Source of the DNA: Escherichia phage FL18
Strand: one strand, 5' to 3'
Sequence record: PP400780
DNA length: 64,000 nt
The translations under genes and the position numbers were made by a program. Of this stretch, positions 28,254 to 36,956 are shown piece by piece (positions within the stretch are counted from its first letter, which is position 1; each line of letters opens with the position of its first letter). The notes below the pieces were generated by a model, which ran no database searches, was not told the origin of the DNA, and was given only the letters and a program-made list of their open reading frames with translations.

Positions 28254-29414
28254 ATGAATACTTTTAAAATTGGAACGAATTTTGATTTAGCTCTTCTTGA
28301 TAAAATCGTAGAGCTCAATAAAACTTATCCTAATAGCTTGATAAACGAAGTATACGGCTCTACAAGAGAAATGGCTTTTGTAGCAGCCAGACCTGATTTT
28401 AGGCTTCCTGACGTTGACAAAAAGATGTTAGAAGATTACGTTAAACGTTGTAACGAATTAGGTATTTGCTTTAACTATACACTCAACACGATAAATCCTG
28501 GTTCAAAAAGAGAACTAGTTGAGTGGAAGAAGAAAGCTATTCAGGATTATGTTCAGTATCTTTGGTCAATAGGTGTATGGCGTATTACTATCGCTAACCC
28601 TGTTGTTATGGAAATTGTTCGTGAAGTCAATAAAGACATTGAGATTGAAGTTTCAACAATTCTACATGTCGATGCTGTAACTCAAATCAAATACTTGCAT
28701 GACCAGTATAATATCAAAAAGGTCTGCTGTGGAATTCATAAGAACCGTTCAGTTTCTTTCCTGAAGCGTGCAGCAGAGTTTTGCAATAAGAACAATATAA
28801 TATTTGAAGTTCTTGTAAATGAGTTCTGTTCTAATGCTGGTAAAGGGTATACAACACATTGTAGCTATCGTGACTCTTGCTATATTTTCCATAGTACTGA
28901 TGTTACAGCTGATGATGCTAAATCCTTAAACGGATATCCTATGCAGCACTGTATTAAAGCTCGTGATACAGACCCATTTAACTGGTTGAGAACTCGTTTT
29001 GTTCGTCCTCAAGATTTGAAACTTTATAATGATATTGGTATCACTCAATTCAAAGTTTCAGGACGTACAGGTAGCACAGACTACATTTTGAAAGTTCTTG
29101 AAGCATACGCTTCTGAAAAGTTTGAAGGTAATTTGTTAGAACTGTGGAAGCCTTTAGAGACTATTTTCACTCTTGAAAACGAAACTGAGTTTTCACATAC
29201 AGTAAATATTGAAACCTCTTTGTTAGATGGCTTTTTAGAAAAAAGGTGGTTCAGACATCCAGATTTCGATTGTGCTAATGAAATCTGCGGGACGACGTGT
29301 ACATATTGTGAAAGATATTATAAACGTCAATTATCTAAAAACGGGTTAGCAGAAAACTCTATATCTATTATTGATATAACTAACTCTGATGACGCTTTGA
29401 GGTACCCGGAATGA
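28254..29414 (+). CDS. Cys-rich protein of unknown function (candidate metallo/Fe-S enzyme)
   Basis: 386 aa from ATG at 28254; Cys clusters CCGIH, FCSNAGKGYTTHCSYRDSC and C-terminal CANEICGTTCTYC (contains CX3CX2C). Confidence 0.5.
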   Translation: MNTFKIGTNFDLALLDKIVELNKTYPNSLINEVYGSTREMAFVAARPDFRLPDVDKKMLEDYVKRCNELGICFNYTLNTINPGSKRELVEWKKKAIQDYVQYLWSIGVWRITIANPVVMEIVREVNKDIEIEVSTILHVDAVTQIKYLHDQYNIKKVCCGIHKNRSVSFLKRAAEFCNKNNIIFEVLVNEFCSNAGKGYTTHCSYRDSCYIFHSTDVTADDAKSLNGYPMQHCIKARDTDPFNWLRTRFVRPQDLKLYNDIGITQFKVSGRTGSTDYILKVLEAYASEKFEGNLLELWKPLETIFTLENETEFSHTVNIETSLLDGFLEKRWFRHPDFDCANEICGTTCTYCERYYKRQLSKNGLAENSISIIDITNSDDALRYPE

Positions 29415-29650
29415 TTTCTAGAAAAACTTTTAATCACCAACTTAATGAAGAGATTTTGACTACGAAACTGAACACTAACGAACAAATTCTTAAAAAGGCC
29501 CTTATGGGCCTGTTTGAAACCAAAGCGGCTAAAGTGATTAAAGGACCTGTTCAATTAGAATATTACGCTGATACATTTCTTCATAGTGTTCTTGGAAGTA
29601 TCGATGCTGAAGCTTTACGTTATATCAACATTGCCAAGAAATTCAAATAA
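29411..29650 (+). CDS. hypothetical protein (79 aa)
   Basis: ATGA-overlapping ORF at end of sugar cassette. Confidence 0.45.
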   Translation: MISRKTFNHQLNEEILTTKLNTNEQILKKALMGLFETKAAKVIKGPVQLEYYADTFLHSVLGSIDAEALRYINIAKKFK

Positions 29651-29692
29651 GCTTTACGAATTGAGTATATAATAAATTGTATTGAGGTAAAC

Positions 29693-30409
29693 ATGGGGAA
29701 ACATAACACAATGAAATATATCAAAGCCGCAGATTTTCAAACCGCATTTAAAGCAGTCAATCGTGAAATTTTAGAAAACCCGGAATTCGTAACTGATTCT
29801 CGTATTGGACGTTGTAATGAAATTGGGTCTATGACAGTAGTTGTTGACACTCCATCATCATTCAAAATGACTGACCCACGTATTAACCGCATCTCTTATG
29901 AATATGCCGAAGACTTCTGGAAGTTTATGATTTCTGGTGGTACCAACGCAGAAGAAGCGTTTAAGGCATATCCTAATGTCGCTAAATTTATTTCTAAACC
30001 AAAATCAGATGTTTTGCCGGCGAACTTCAATACTTTCTATGGTCCTCGCATTGCGGCCCAATTACCAGCTCTTCTAAAAGAACTTAAAGAGAAGCCTAAC
30101 TCTCGAAGAGTTGTGTTCCAAATTCTAGAAAGTTCTGATCAGGCTTTGCTTGATTCGGATGAAACGCTTGAATATCCATGTACTGACTCAGTGACTTATT
30201 ATATTCGTGATGGTAAGCTTTATACCCACTGTCATATGCGTTCTCAGAACTGTGCTGTTGTTATGCAGTTGGATTTTTATCTCCAAGGAAAATTACTTCA
30301 TTATATCGCTAACGAATGCGGTGTAGAAGTTGGTGATTATACTCATACCATGGTAAGTGCCCATGTGTTTGAACGTGATTTTGATTATGTTAAAGGATTC
30401 CTTGACTAA
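29693..30409 (+). CDS. 42: deoxynucleotide hydroxymethylase, thymidylate-synthase family (T4 gp42 dCMP hydroxymethylase-like)
   Basis: YPCTDSVTYYIRDGKLYTHCHMRSQNCAVVMQLDFY matches the TS/dCH catalytic core (PC nucleophile, MRS motif); synteny downstream of 43. Confidence 0.75.
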   Translation: MGKHNTMKYIKAADFQTAFKAVNREILENPEFVTDSRIGRCNEIGSMTVVVDTPSSFKMTDPRINRISYEYAEDFWKFMISGGTNAEEAFKAYPNVAKFISKPKSDVLPANFNTFYGPRIAAQLPALLKELKEKPNSRRVVFQILESSDQALLDSDETLEYPCTDSVTYYIRDGKLYTHCHMRSQNCAVVMQLDFYLQGKLLHYIANECGVEVGDYTHTMVSAHVFERDFDYVKGFLD

Positions 30410-31308
30410 TGGCTATTTTCCGCGTACCAATCTTGAGTATGCGGTCTTATGAAACTGGACAGTATGCTATCCTTAAGGATGGCAACTTCCAACTTCATTT
30501 GCACCGTGCTAATCCGGGTGATGTGATTACATATCCACGTAATGCATCTGATATTAAAGAATGCGAACGTCTTTTCCCAGAATTTAAGTTTGTTCCATTA
30601 TGGTATAAAGATAACGCTTATAACACTCGTAAATATTTCTGGTCTGAAAATGAATTTGTGGTTGATTCATTAATTGCTTATTATGATTGCGATTTTCTAA
30701 TCACAGATATAACTGGATATGACGGCGCTTTTGATGTAGAATTCAATTTCAATATCACTGCAGACCCTAATAAACCACGTTTTTATATTGACGAATTCTT
30801 AAAAACCGACATGTTGTCGGTTAATCGTTCAATCCAAACAACTGTGTTGAATGAACGTCAAAAAGAAGTGCTGGTTAACGCAGGTGCAGATGGTAATAAG
30901 ATTATCGTAACGCAGAAAGTTATACGTCCTTCCATCATGCAGCGTCTTGTAGGTGATTTGGCTCCTATTTATCTAGATGGTATTTTTCATCCATTTCGAA
31001 TTAGTGACCCGTGCTATCGTTTTGAACAAGTGGTTGAATGTGCAATTCAATTAGGTCAACCGCTTTATATAACCGATCCAAATAATAGCTTTGACAGAAA
31101 TAAGTATCCTGAAGAAGCGTTGATTCGAATTTTTAAACCAACTAAAACTGAGTACTATCAAATTCTTAAAGGACGTCCGAAGATTCAATATTTCGAAAAT
31201 CCTGAAGAGGTATTTCATCCAGGTCTTGGTGAGTTCATCTACTTTAATGCTTTAATTTCTTCACCGTATAATATACCTAAATATGAAGATGTCGTAATCG
31301 AGGAATAA
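30409..31308 (+). CDS. hypothetical protein occupying the T4 beta-glucosyltransferase locus (candidate DNA sugar transferase)
   Basis: 299 aa ORF between gene 42 and uvsX; no similarity to recalled T4 beta-GT. Confidence 0.45.
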   Translation: MAIFRVPILSMRSYETGQYAILKDGNFQLHLHRANPGDVITYPRNASDIKECERLFPEFKFVPLWYKDNAYNTRKYFWSENEFVVDSLIAYYDCDFLITDITGYDGAFDVEFNFNITADPNKPRFYIDEFLKTDMLSVNRSIQTTVLNERQKEVLVNAGADGNKIIVTQKVIRPSIMQRLVGDLAPIYLDGIFHPFRISDPCYRFEQVVECAIQLGQPLYITDPNNSFDRNKYPEEALIRIFKPTKTEYYQILKGRPKIQYFENPEEVFHPGLGEFIYFNALISSPYNIPKYEDVVIEE

Positions 31309-31309
31309 A

Positions 31310-31858
31310 ATGGCTAAAATTATTTTAGTAGATGGCCCGGATAATGCTGGTAAAACAACTTTCATTAATGACATAATGGAAATTAGTGAAAGATATGTAA
31401 AAATTGATTTCCCTAAACGAACAGTTGATGGACGTTTCGATGTTAAGTCTCGAAATGAAGTTGGCTGTTTTGAAACGATGTTGAATTATTTAGACCCTAC
31501 TAAGATTTATCTGTTAGACCGTGGATATATTAGTAACTGGGTTTACGGACGTATTCGACAAGATGCGGACTCGGTTCTTGACGTTTATGAACAGGATTAT
31601 ATTCGTCTTTGCCAAAACCATGATGTGTTCACAATTATTTTAACACGTAACGAAATGACTGAAAGTTTTGAAGACGACCTTATTACTTTGTCTTCATTCG
31701 GTTTTAATACAGTCATTTCACATTTTGAAGAGTTTGCAATTCATAACAAAATCCAAACGTATCAATTACTTAATCATGATGGTGCTAACAAAGTTATAGG
31801 ATTTAATGCAAGCGAACGTAATGGTTTGATTACAGAAATCATCAAATGGGCTCGTTAA
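31310..31858 (+). CDS. P-loop nucleoside/nucleotide kinase-like protein
   Basis: Walker A GPDNAGKTT near N-terminus; LLDRGYISNWVYG resembles the DR(Y) motif of TMK/dNK-type kinases. Confidence 0.5.
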   Translation: MAKIILVDGPDNAGKTTFINDIMEISERYVKIDFPKRTVDGRFDVKSRNEVGCFETMLNYLDPTKIYLLDRGYISNWVYGRIRQDADSVLDVYEQDYIRLCQNHDVFTIILTRNEMTESFEDDLITLSSFGFNTVISHFEEFAIHNKIQTYQLLNHDGANKVIGFNASERNGLITEIIKWAR

Positions 31859-31957
31859 GAGCCATTTAAAGTTTTAAATGCTGTATAACCCTTAGTATAT
31901 AATCATCTTATCTTTTAAACATGAGTAAAATATAATGATGCCTATGGAAAAAATACA

Positions 31958-33130
31958 ATGTCTGATTTAAAATCTCGTCTGATTAAAGCTTCTACTTCTA
32001 AAATGACTGCAGACTTGACTAAGTCTAAGCTGTTTAATAATCGTGATGAAGTCCCTACTCGTATTCCGATGTTGAATATTGCACTAGGTGGTGCTCTGAA
32101 TGCAGGATTGCAATCAGGCTTGACTATTTTTGCTGCACCTTCTAAACACTTTAAAACGTTGTTTGGACTGACCATGGTTGCAGCATATATGAAGAAATAT
32201 AAAGATGCAATCTGTTTGTTTTATGACTCAGAATTCGGTGCTTCAGAATCTTATTTTCGTTCAATGGGTGTTGATTTAGACCGTGTAGTTCATACACCAA
32301 TTCAGTCAGTCGAACAACTTAAAGTTGATATGACTAATCAGCTTGACGCTATTGAACGCGGTGATAAAGTTATTATCTTTATCGATTCAATCGGTAATAC
32401 TGCATCTAAGAAAGAAACCGAAGATGCATTGAACGAGAAAGTTGTAGGTGATATGTCTCGTGCTAAGGCACTTAAATCTCTTTTCCGTATTGTGACTCCT
32501 TATCTGACTATTAAAGATATTCCATGTGTTGCAATCAACCATACCGCAATGGAAATTGGTGGATTGTACCCTAAAGAGATTATGGGCGGCGGTACAGGTA
32601 TTCTTTACTCGGCTAACACTGTATTCTTTATCTCTAAACGTCAGGTTAAGGATGGCACTGAATTGACCGGTTATGACTTCACGTTGAAAGCAGAAAAATC
32701 TCGTACAGTTAAAGAGAAATCTACTTTCCCAATCACAGTTAATTTTGATGGTGGTATCGACCCATTCAGTGGCTTGTTAGAAATGGCAACTGAAATCGGT
32801 TTTGTAGTTAAGCCTAAAGCTGGTTGGTATGCTCGTGAATTCCTTGACGAAGAAACAGGTGAAATGATTCGTGAAGAGAAATCATGGCGTGCTAAAGCTA
32901 CTGATTGTGTAGAATTCTGGGGTCCTTTGTTTAAACACAAACCTTTCCGAGATGCAATTGAAACTAAATATAAACTAGGTGCTATCTCTTCTATTAAAGA
33001 AGTTGATGACGCTGTTAATGACCTTATTAATTGCAAAGCAACAACTAAAGTTCCGGTTAAAACTTCTGATGCTCCGTCTGCAGCAGATATAGAAAACGAC
33101 CTTGACGAAATGGAAGATTTCGATGAATAA
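31958..33130 (+). CDS. uvsX: recombinase UvsX (RecA/Rad51 family)
   Basis: 390 aa; MSDLKSRLIKASTSK ... near-identical to recalled T4 UvsX. Confidence 0.95.
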   Translation: MSDLKSRLIKASTSKMTADLTKSKLFNNRDEVPTRIPMLNIALGGALNAGLQSGLTIFAAPSKHFKTLFGLTMVAAYMKKYKDAICLFYDSEFGASESYFRSMGVDLDRVVHTPIQSVEQLKVDMTNQLDAIERGDKVIIFIDSIGNTASKKETEDALNEKVVGDMSRAKALKSLFRIVTPYLTIKDIPCVAINHTAMEIGGLYPKEIMGGGTGILYSANTVFFISKRQVKDGTELTGYDFTLKAEKSRTVKEKSTFPITVNFDGGIDPFSGLLEMATEIGFVVKPKAGWYAREFLDEETGEMIREEKSWRAKATDCVEFWGPLFKHKPFRDAIETKYKLGAISSIKEVDDAVNDLINCKATTKVPVKTSDAPSAADIENDLDEMEDFDE

Positions 33131-33464
33131 TCTCGATGATTTAAATCTAGAAATCATTGATGAATCCCCTTCTTCGGAAGGGGAGGACATTCGCAAAGAA
33201 CGAGTGTTTAATGAATCTCTTAAAATTATCCGTTCAGCAATGGAAAATGTCATTCAAGAGATTCTGATTACACTTGAAGACGGTTCCCATCATATAGTCT
33301 ATATTACAAAACTAGACTGGGTTGATGGTAAAATCGTAATGGACTTTGCAGTTCTTGACCAGGACAGAAAAGCAGAACTTGCACCACATGTTGAAAAATG
33401 TGTTACAATGCAAGTACAACAAGCTTTTAATGAACGAACCAAGAAAAAATTTAAATTCTTTTAA
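33123..33464 (+). CDS. hypothetical protein (113 aa) at the T4 gene 40 position
   Basis: in-frame ATG within ORF-track entry 33102..33464; synteny only. Confidence 0.45.
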   Translation: MNNLDDLNLEIIDESPSSEGEDIRKERVFNESLKIIRSAMENVIQEILITLEDGSHHIVYITKLDWVDGKIVMDFAVLDQDRKAELAPHVEKCVTMQVQQAFNERTKKKFKFF

Positions 33465-33473
33465 GGAGTTATC

Positions 33474-34916
33474 GTGGTAGAAATTATTTTGTCTCATCTC
33501 GTATATGACCAGGCTTATTTTTCTAAGGTCTGGCCTTATATGGATTCTGAGTATTTTGAGCGTGGACCAGCAAAAAATGTCTTTAAAATTATAAAGAGCC
33601 ACGTTAACGAATATAATGCAATGCCATCTATCAATGCGTTAAAGGTGGCTTTAGATAACAGTTCTTTAACTGAAGCCGAATATAAAGGAACTTCAGACCT
33701 AATTGAAAAATTGGCTGATACTCCTGAAGACCATGAATGGTTGGTTAAAGAAACTGAGAAATATGTCCAGCAAAAAGCGATGTATAATGCTACATCCAAA
33801 ATCATTGAGATTCAGTCTAATGCTGAACTACCTCCAGAACAACGTAACAAGAAAATGCCTGACGTAGGAGCTATTCCTGATATTATGCGTCAAGCACTTT
33901 CAATTTCGTTCGATAGTTATGTTGGACATGACTGGATGGAAGACTACGAAGCACGCTGGCTTTCTTATCTAAATAAAGCGCGTAAGGTCCCGTTCAAATT
34001 AAACATTTTGAATAAAATCACTAAAGGTGGTGCTGAAACAGGTACACTAAACGTTTTAATGGCCGGTGTTAACGTTGGTAAATCTTTAGGCCTTTGTTCA
34101 CTTGCTGCAGATTATCTTCAAACAGGTCATAATGTTCTTTATATTTCCATGGAAATGGCTGAAGAAGTTTGTGCTAAGCGTATAGATGCAAACATGCTTG
34201 ACGTATCACTCGATGATATCGATGATGGTAACGTATCTTATGCTGAATATAAAGCCAAGATGGAAAAATGGCGTTCAAAAACAACATTAGGACGTTTAGT
34301 AGTTAAACAGTATCCTACTGGCGGAGCTAATGCTAATACATTCCGTGCATTGCTTAATGAGTTAAAACTTAAGAAGAACTTTGTGCCATCTGTAATCATG
34401 GTTGATTACTTAGGTATTTGTGGGTCTTGTCGTATCAGAGTTTACACTGAAAATAGCTACACATTAGTTAAAGCTATCGCAGAAGAACTTCGTGCATTAG
34501 CAGTAGAATCTGAAACAGTTCTATGGACTGCAGCTCAAGTAGGACGTGCAGCATGGGATGCTTCAGACATGAACATGAGTGATATCGCAGAATCAGCAGG
34601 TTTACCAGCAACGGCAGATTTCATGTTGGCTGTAATTGAAACCGAAGAACTTGCACAAGCCGAACAACAACTTATCAAACAAATCAAATCACGATATGGT
34701 GATAAGAATAAGTGGAATAAATTCCTGATGGGTGTACGTAAAGGCAATCAGAAATGGGTTGAGATTGAGCAAGAAGGCATGAACACACCTAACACAGTAA
34801 ATGAAAACGCAGGTGCTCAGATGCGTCAGGCAGAGGTGAATCGTACGGAACGCGTAGGTAAAGCCAAAGCAACACGTGCTGACCTAGATAGCTTAGCCAA
34901 TGAGTTAAAATTTTAA
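33474..34916 (+). CDS. 41: replicative DNA helicase gp41 (DnaB-like)
   Basis: 480 aa, GTG start with AAGGAG SD; Walker A GVNVGKS; synteny. Confidence 0.9.
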   Translation: MVEIILSHLVYDQAYFSKVWPYMDSEYFERGPAKNVFKIIKSHVNEYNAMPSINALKVALDNSSLTEAEYKGTSDLIEKLADTPEDHEWLVKETEKYVQQKAMYNATSKIIEIQSNAELPPEQRNKKMPDVGAIPDIMRQALSISFDSYVGHDWMEDYEARWLSYLNKARKVPFKLNILNKITKGGAETGTLNVLMAGVNVGKSLGLCSLAADYLQTGHNVLYISMEMAEEVCAKRIDANMLDVSLDDIDDGNVSYAEYKAKMEKWRSKTTLGRLVVKQYPTGGANANTFRALLNELKLKKNFVPSVIMVDYLGICGSCRIRVYTENSYTLVKAIAEELRALAVESETVLWTAAQVGRAAWDASDMNMSDIAESAGLPATADFMLAVIETEELAQAEQQLIKQIKSRYGDKNKWNKFLMGVRKGNQKWVEIEQEGMNTPNTVNENAGAQMRQAEVNRTERVGKAKATRADLDSLANELKF

Positions 34917-34920
34917 TAAA

Positions 34921-34943
34921 AAGGAGACTTCGGTCTCCTTTCG
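34921..34943 (+). terminator. stem-loop GGAGAC-TTCG-GTCTCC followed by T-rich tract
   Basis: inverted repeat after gene 41 stop. Confidence 0.55.
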
Positions 34944-35004
34944 GGGTTTACATCTTCCTCTAGGCATGATATGATGTACTTACACAAACCAAGAGGAAAA
35001 CATT

Positions 35005-35379
35005 ATGAATATGTCTCAAGCAATTTTTACTGCAATCACCGAAAACACAACTGTTGAAGTAGTTTCTCCGCTGGCAACCTACGTTATTCTTGCTCCTAAA
35101 ACTATTGTATCTCGTATGGAAAACATGGGCAAACGTATCGTACAAATTGTTGGAGCTGGAAATCAAAAACTTGATTATCTACGAACCATCAAAGCTTATG
35201 AACATTTCCAACTCGAAAAAGGTTCTCCTATCCAGGTAGAACTCGTAAATGGTGATATCGTTCGAGCAATGTTCCATCATTTCTATGCATTGAATGACCC
35301 ATCTAAAGCGGTTCGTTTAATTGCATATGACGCAAACCAAAACGAAATCAACGCAGATGTATCTAAATTACGTTTTTAA
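35005..35379 (+). CDS. hypothetical protein (124 aa)
   Basis: ORF with GAGGA SD. Confidence 0.5.
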   Translation: MNMSQAIFTAITENTTVEVVSPLATYVILAPKTIVSRMENMGKRIVQIVGAGNQKLDYLRTIKAYEHFQLEKGSPIQVELVNGDIVRAMFHHFYALNDPSKAVRLIAYDANQNEINADVSKLRF

Positions 35380-35380
35380 G

Positions 35381-35426
35381 TTTACTTCTCCGGTAGTTGT
35401 GTTATTATAGATCTATCAACTACTGG
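35381..35426 (+). promoter_or_regulatory. T4-type early promoter with -10 between long inverted repeat (CCGGTAGTTG / CAACTACTGG)
   Basis: gtttacttctccggtagttgtgttattatagatctatcaactactgg. Confidence 0.5.
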
Positions 35427-35434
35427 AGAACAAA

Positions 35435-35752
35435 ATGAAAACCATCGATTGTAAAGCAGAATTTAAGATTTTTTATCATGGTTCAAGTAGTTCAGCTAAC
35501 ATCGAAAACATGCTTTGTCCTCCTGAAGAAACAGGAGTTCTGTCTGAAACTGGACGTAAGAAAAACTTGGATCGTGTATTCTTTACTGAAGATATCGGTT
35601 TAGCAAAGATTTATGCAGGACGAGCAGCACGCTCTTATGGAGGTGAACCACGTCTCTATCGAGTAATTTCTCCGGTAGATGTAGTTCAAATGAATGATAC
35701 TAAAGGTGCTACAGTTTATCACGCTGAATGGGCATTTTGCGAGGAAATATGA
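35435..35752 (+). CDS. hypothetical protein (105 aa)
   Basis: ORF-track entry. Confidence 0.5.
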   Translation: MKTIDCKAEFKIFYHGSSSSANIENMLCPPEETGVLSETGRKKNLDRVFFTEDIGLAKIYAGRAARSYGGEPRLYRVISPVDVVQMNDTKGATVYHAEWAFCEEI

Positions 35753-35940
35753 GCAAATTAACTAAAGTTACTTTTATCGGTTGGTTTAAAAGCGGTGAGA
35801 TGTTCACTAAAGATATCATGTTATCAGGTGATCGCGAAGAAATCGAGTGGGTTACGGTACAACTTGCTGAAGTGAACAATGCATTAGTTAAAGCATTTAT
35901 TAATGACGAGAAAGTTTTTGAAGCTGATTTCAGAGGATAA
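35749..35940 (+). CDS. hypothetical protein (63 aa)
   Basis: in-frame ATG within ORF-track entry 35728..35940. Confidence 0.4.
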   Translation: MSKLTKVTFIGWFKSGEMFTKDIMLSGDREEIEWVTVQLAEVNNALVKAFINDEKVFEADFRG

Positions 35941-35941
35941 T

Positions 35942-36154
35942 ATGTATTCAACTGTGTTTAAACCATCAGCATACGAATTTGCATCAACTACACAATGGAA
36001 AGCTCTTATTCTGGAAGGATGGGAACTAATGATGGACTGTGAAGCATCTGAAAAGTTTCCACACGGCAAAGTGGACTTCGTTAAATTTGCTGTGCGTCCG
36101 ACTAAACGACAGATTCGTCAAGAAAAACGCAAATTTCGAAAAAGTTTAAAATAG
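35942..36154 (+). CDS. hypothetical small basic protein (70 aa)
   Basis: in-frame ATG within ORF-track entry 35903..36154; C-terminal VRPTKRQIRQEKRKF motif shared with 8005..8202. Confidence 0.4.
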   Translation: MYSTVFKPSAYEFASTTQWKALILEGWELMMDCEASEKFPHGKVDFVKFAVRPTKRQIRQEKRKFRKSLK

Positions 36155-36190
36155 CTGTTTACAAGCACCACATACTGTGTTACTATATTT
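36154..36190 (+). promoter_or_regulatory. T4-type early promoter (GTTTACAA ... TACTAT)
   Basis: ctgtttacaagcaccacatactgtgttactatatttctatc. Confidence 0.45.
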
Positions 36191-36214
36191 CTATCAACTA
36201 CAGAGGAAATTGAA

Positions 36215-36583
36215 ATGAAAAAATTAATCGCTTTAGCAATGGTGTTCGGATTAACTGGATGTGGTGCTCATGGCTTTATCCCTAATAACGTTGGCCAACT
36301 GATTTACAATCCGAATGTTAAACAGTACAACCAACCTAAAGTTGAAGTGGAAGACCCGGTTACTGTAGGTAATCGAATGATTCAAGCTGATGCCCATGCT
36401 CAACGTTATCGTGATTCTGATACCGTAGCGTTGTCAAAAGAACAACGCGTTAAAGAACATTGCTTACAGGCTACTGAAATCGCATTCATTCGCTATGTTG
36501 AAACAACTGGTAAAGAGCCTACCCAGAAACAAATCGCGAATAACTACGTCCAGTGTATTGAACGTTTAAACAAATTTAATTAA
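36215..36583 (+). CDS. predicted lipoprotein (signal peptide with lipobox LTGC)
   Basis: MKKLIALAMVFGLTGCGAHG N-terminus. Confidence 0.55.
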   Translation: MKKLIALAMVFGLTGCGAHGFIPNNVGQLIYNPNVKQYNQPKVEVEDPVTVGNRMIQADAHAQRYRDSDTVALSKEQRVKEHCLQATEIAFIRYVETTGKEPTQKQIANNYVQCIERLNKFN

Positions 36584-36644
36584 TTGGTTTACGCAAAAGT
36601 TAAAACAAGATACTATAAACATAACAAATCAAGAGGAAATTAAC

Positions 36645-36893
36645 ATGGAATTATTCGTAGCTAGTTCAGTAGCAGTTTTAATCGCAGGTATTGGTTCAAT
36701 CATCATTTACATGTTGCCTTGGGTAATCGCACTTATTCGTGGCACAAAAAGCACAACAGCAATCTTCTTTGTATCTTTACTCTTTAACTGGACGATGATT
36801 GGTTGGATTGGAACTTTAATTTGGTCTATCGTTGCCGAAAAGAAATCTGCTCAGCAGCCTCAACAAGTAATTATTATTCGCGAAAAAGAATAA
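36645..36893 (+). CDS. imm: small membrane protein, superinfection-immunity (Imm)-like
   Basis: 82 aa, two TM segments, NWTMIGWIGTLIWSIV motif resembling the T4 Imm family; assignment from memory. Confidence 0.45.
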   Translation: MELFVASSVAVLIAGIGSIIIYMLPWVIALIRGTKSTTAIFFVSLLFNWTMIGWIGTLIWSIVAEKKSAQQPQQVIIIREKE

Positions 36894-36894
36894 A

Positions 36895-36936
36895 CTTGTT
36901 TACATTATAGATGGACTATGGTATAGTAGTCCTATC
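36895..36936 (+). promoter_or_regulatory. T4-type early promoter with -10 in stem-loop (GGACTA TGGTATAG TAGTCC)
   Basis: cttgtttacattatagatggactatggtatagtagtcctatc. Confidence 0.5.
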
Positions 36937-36956
36937 AAATCAACTAAGGAGTTAAA

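Noticed and set aside
32671-33253. Minus-strand ORFs inside uvsX (32671-33036, 32975-33253)
   Set aside because: Antisense to conserved uvsX; spurious.
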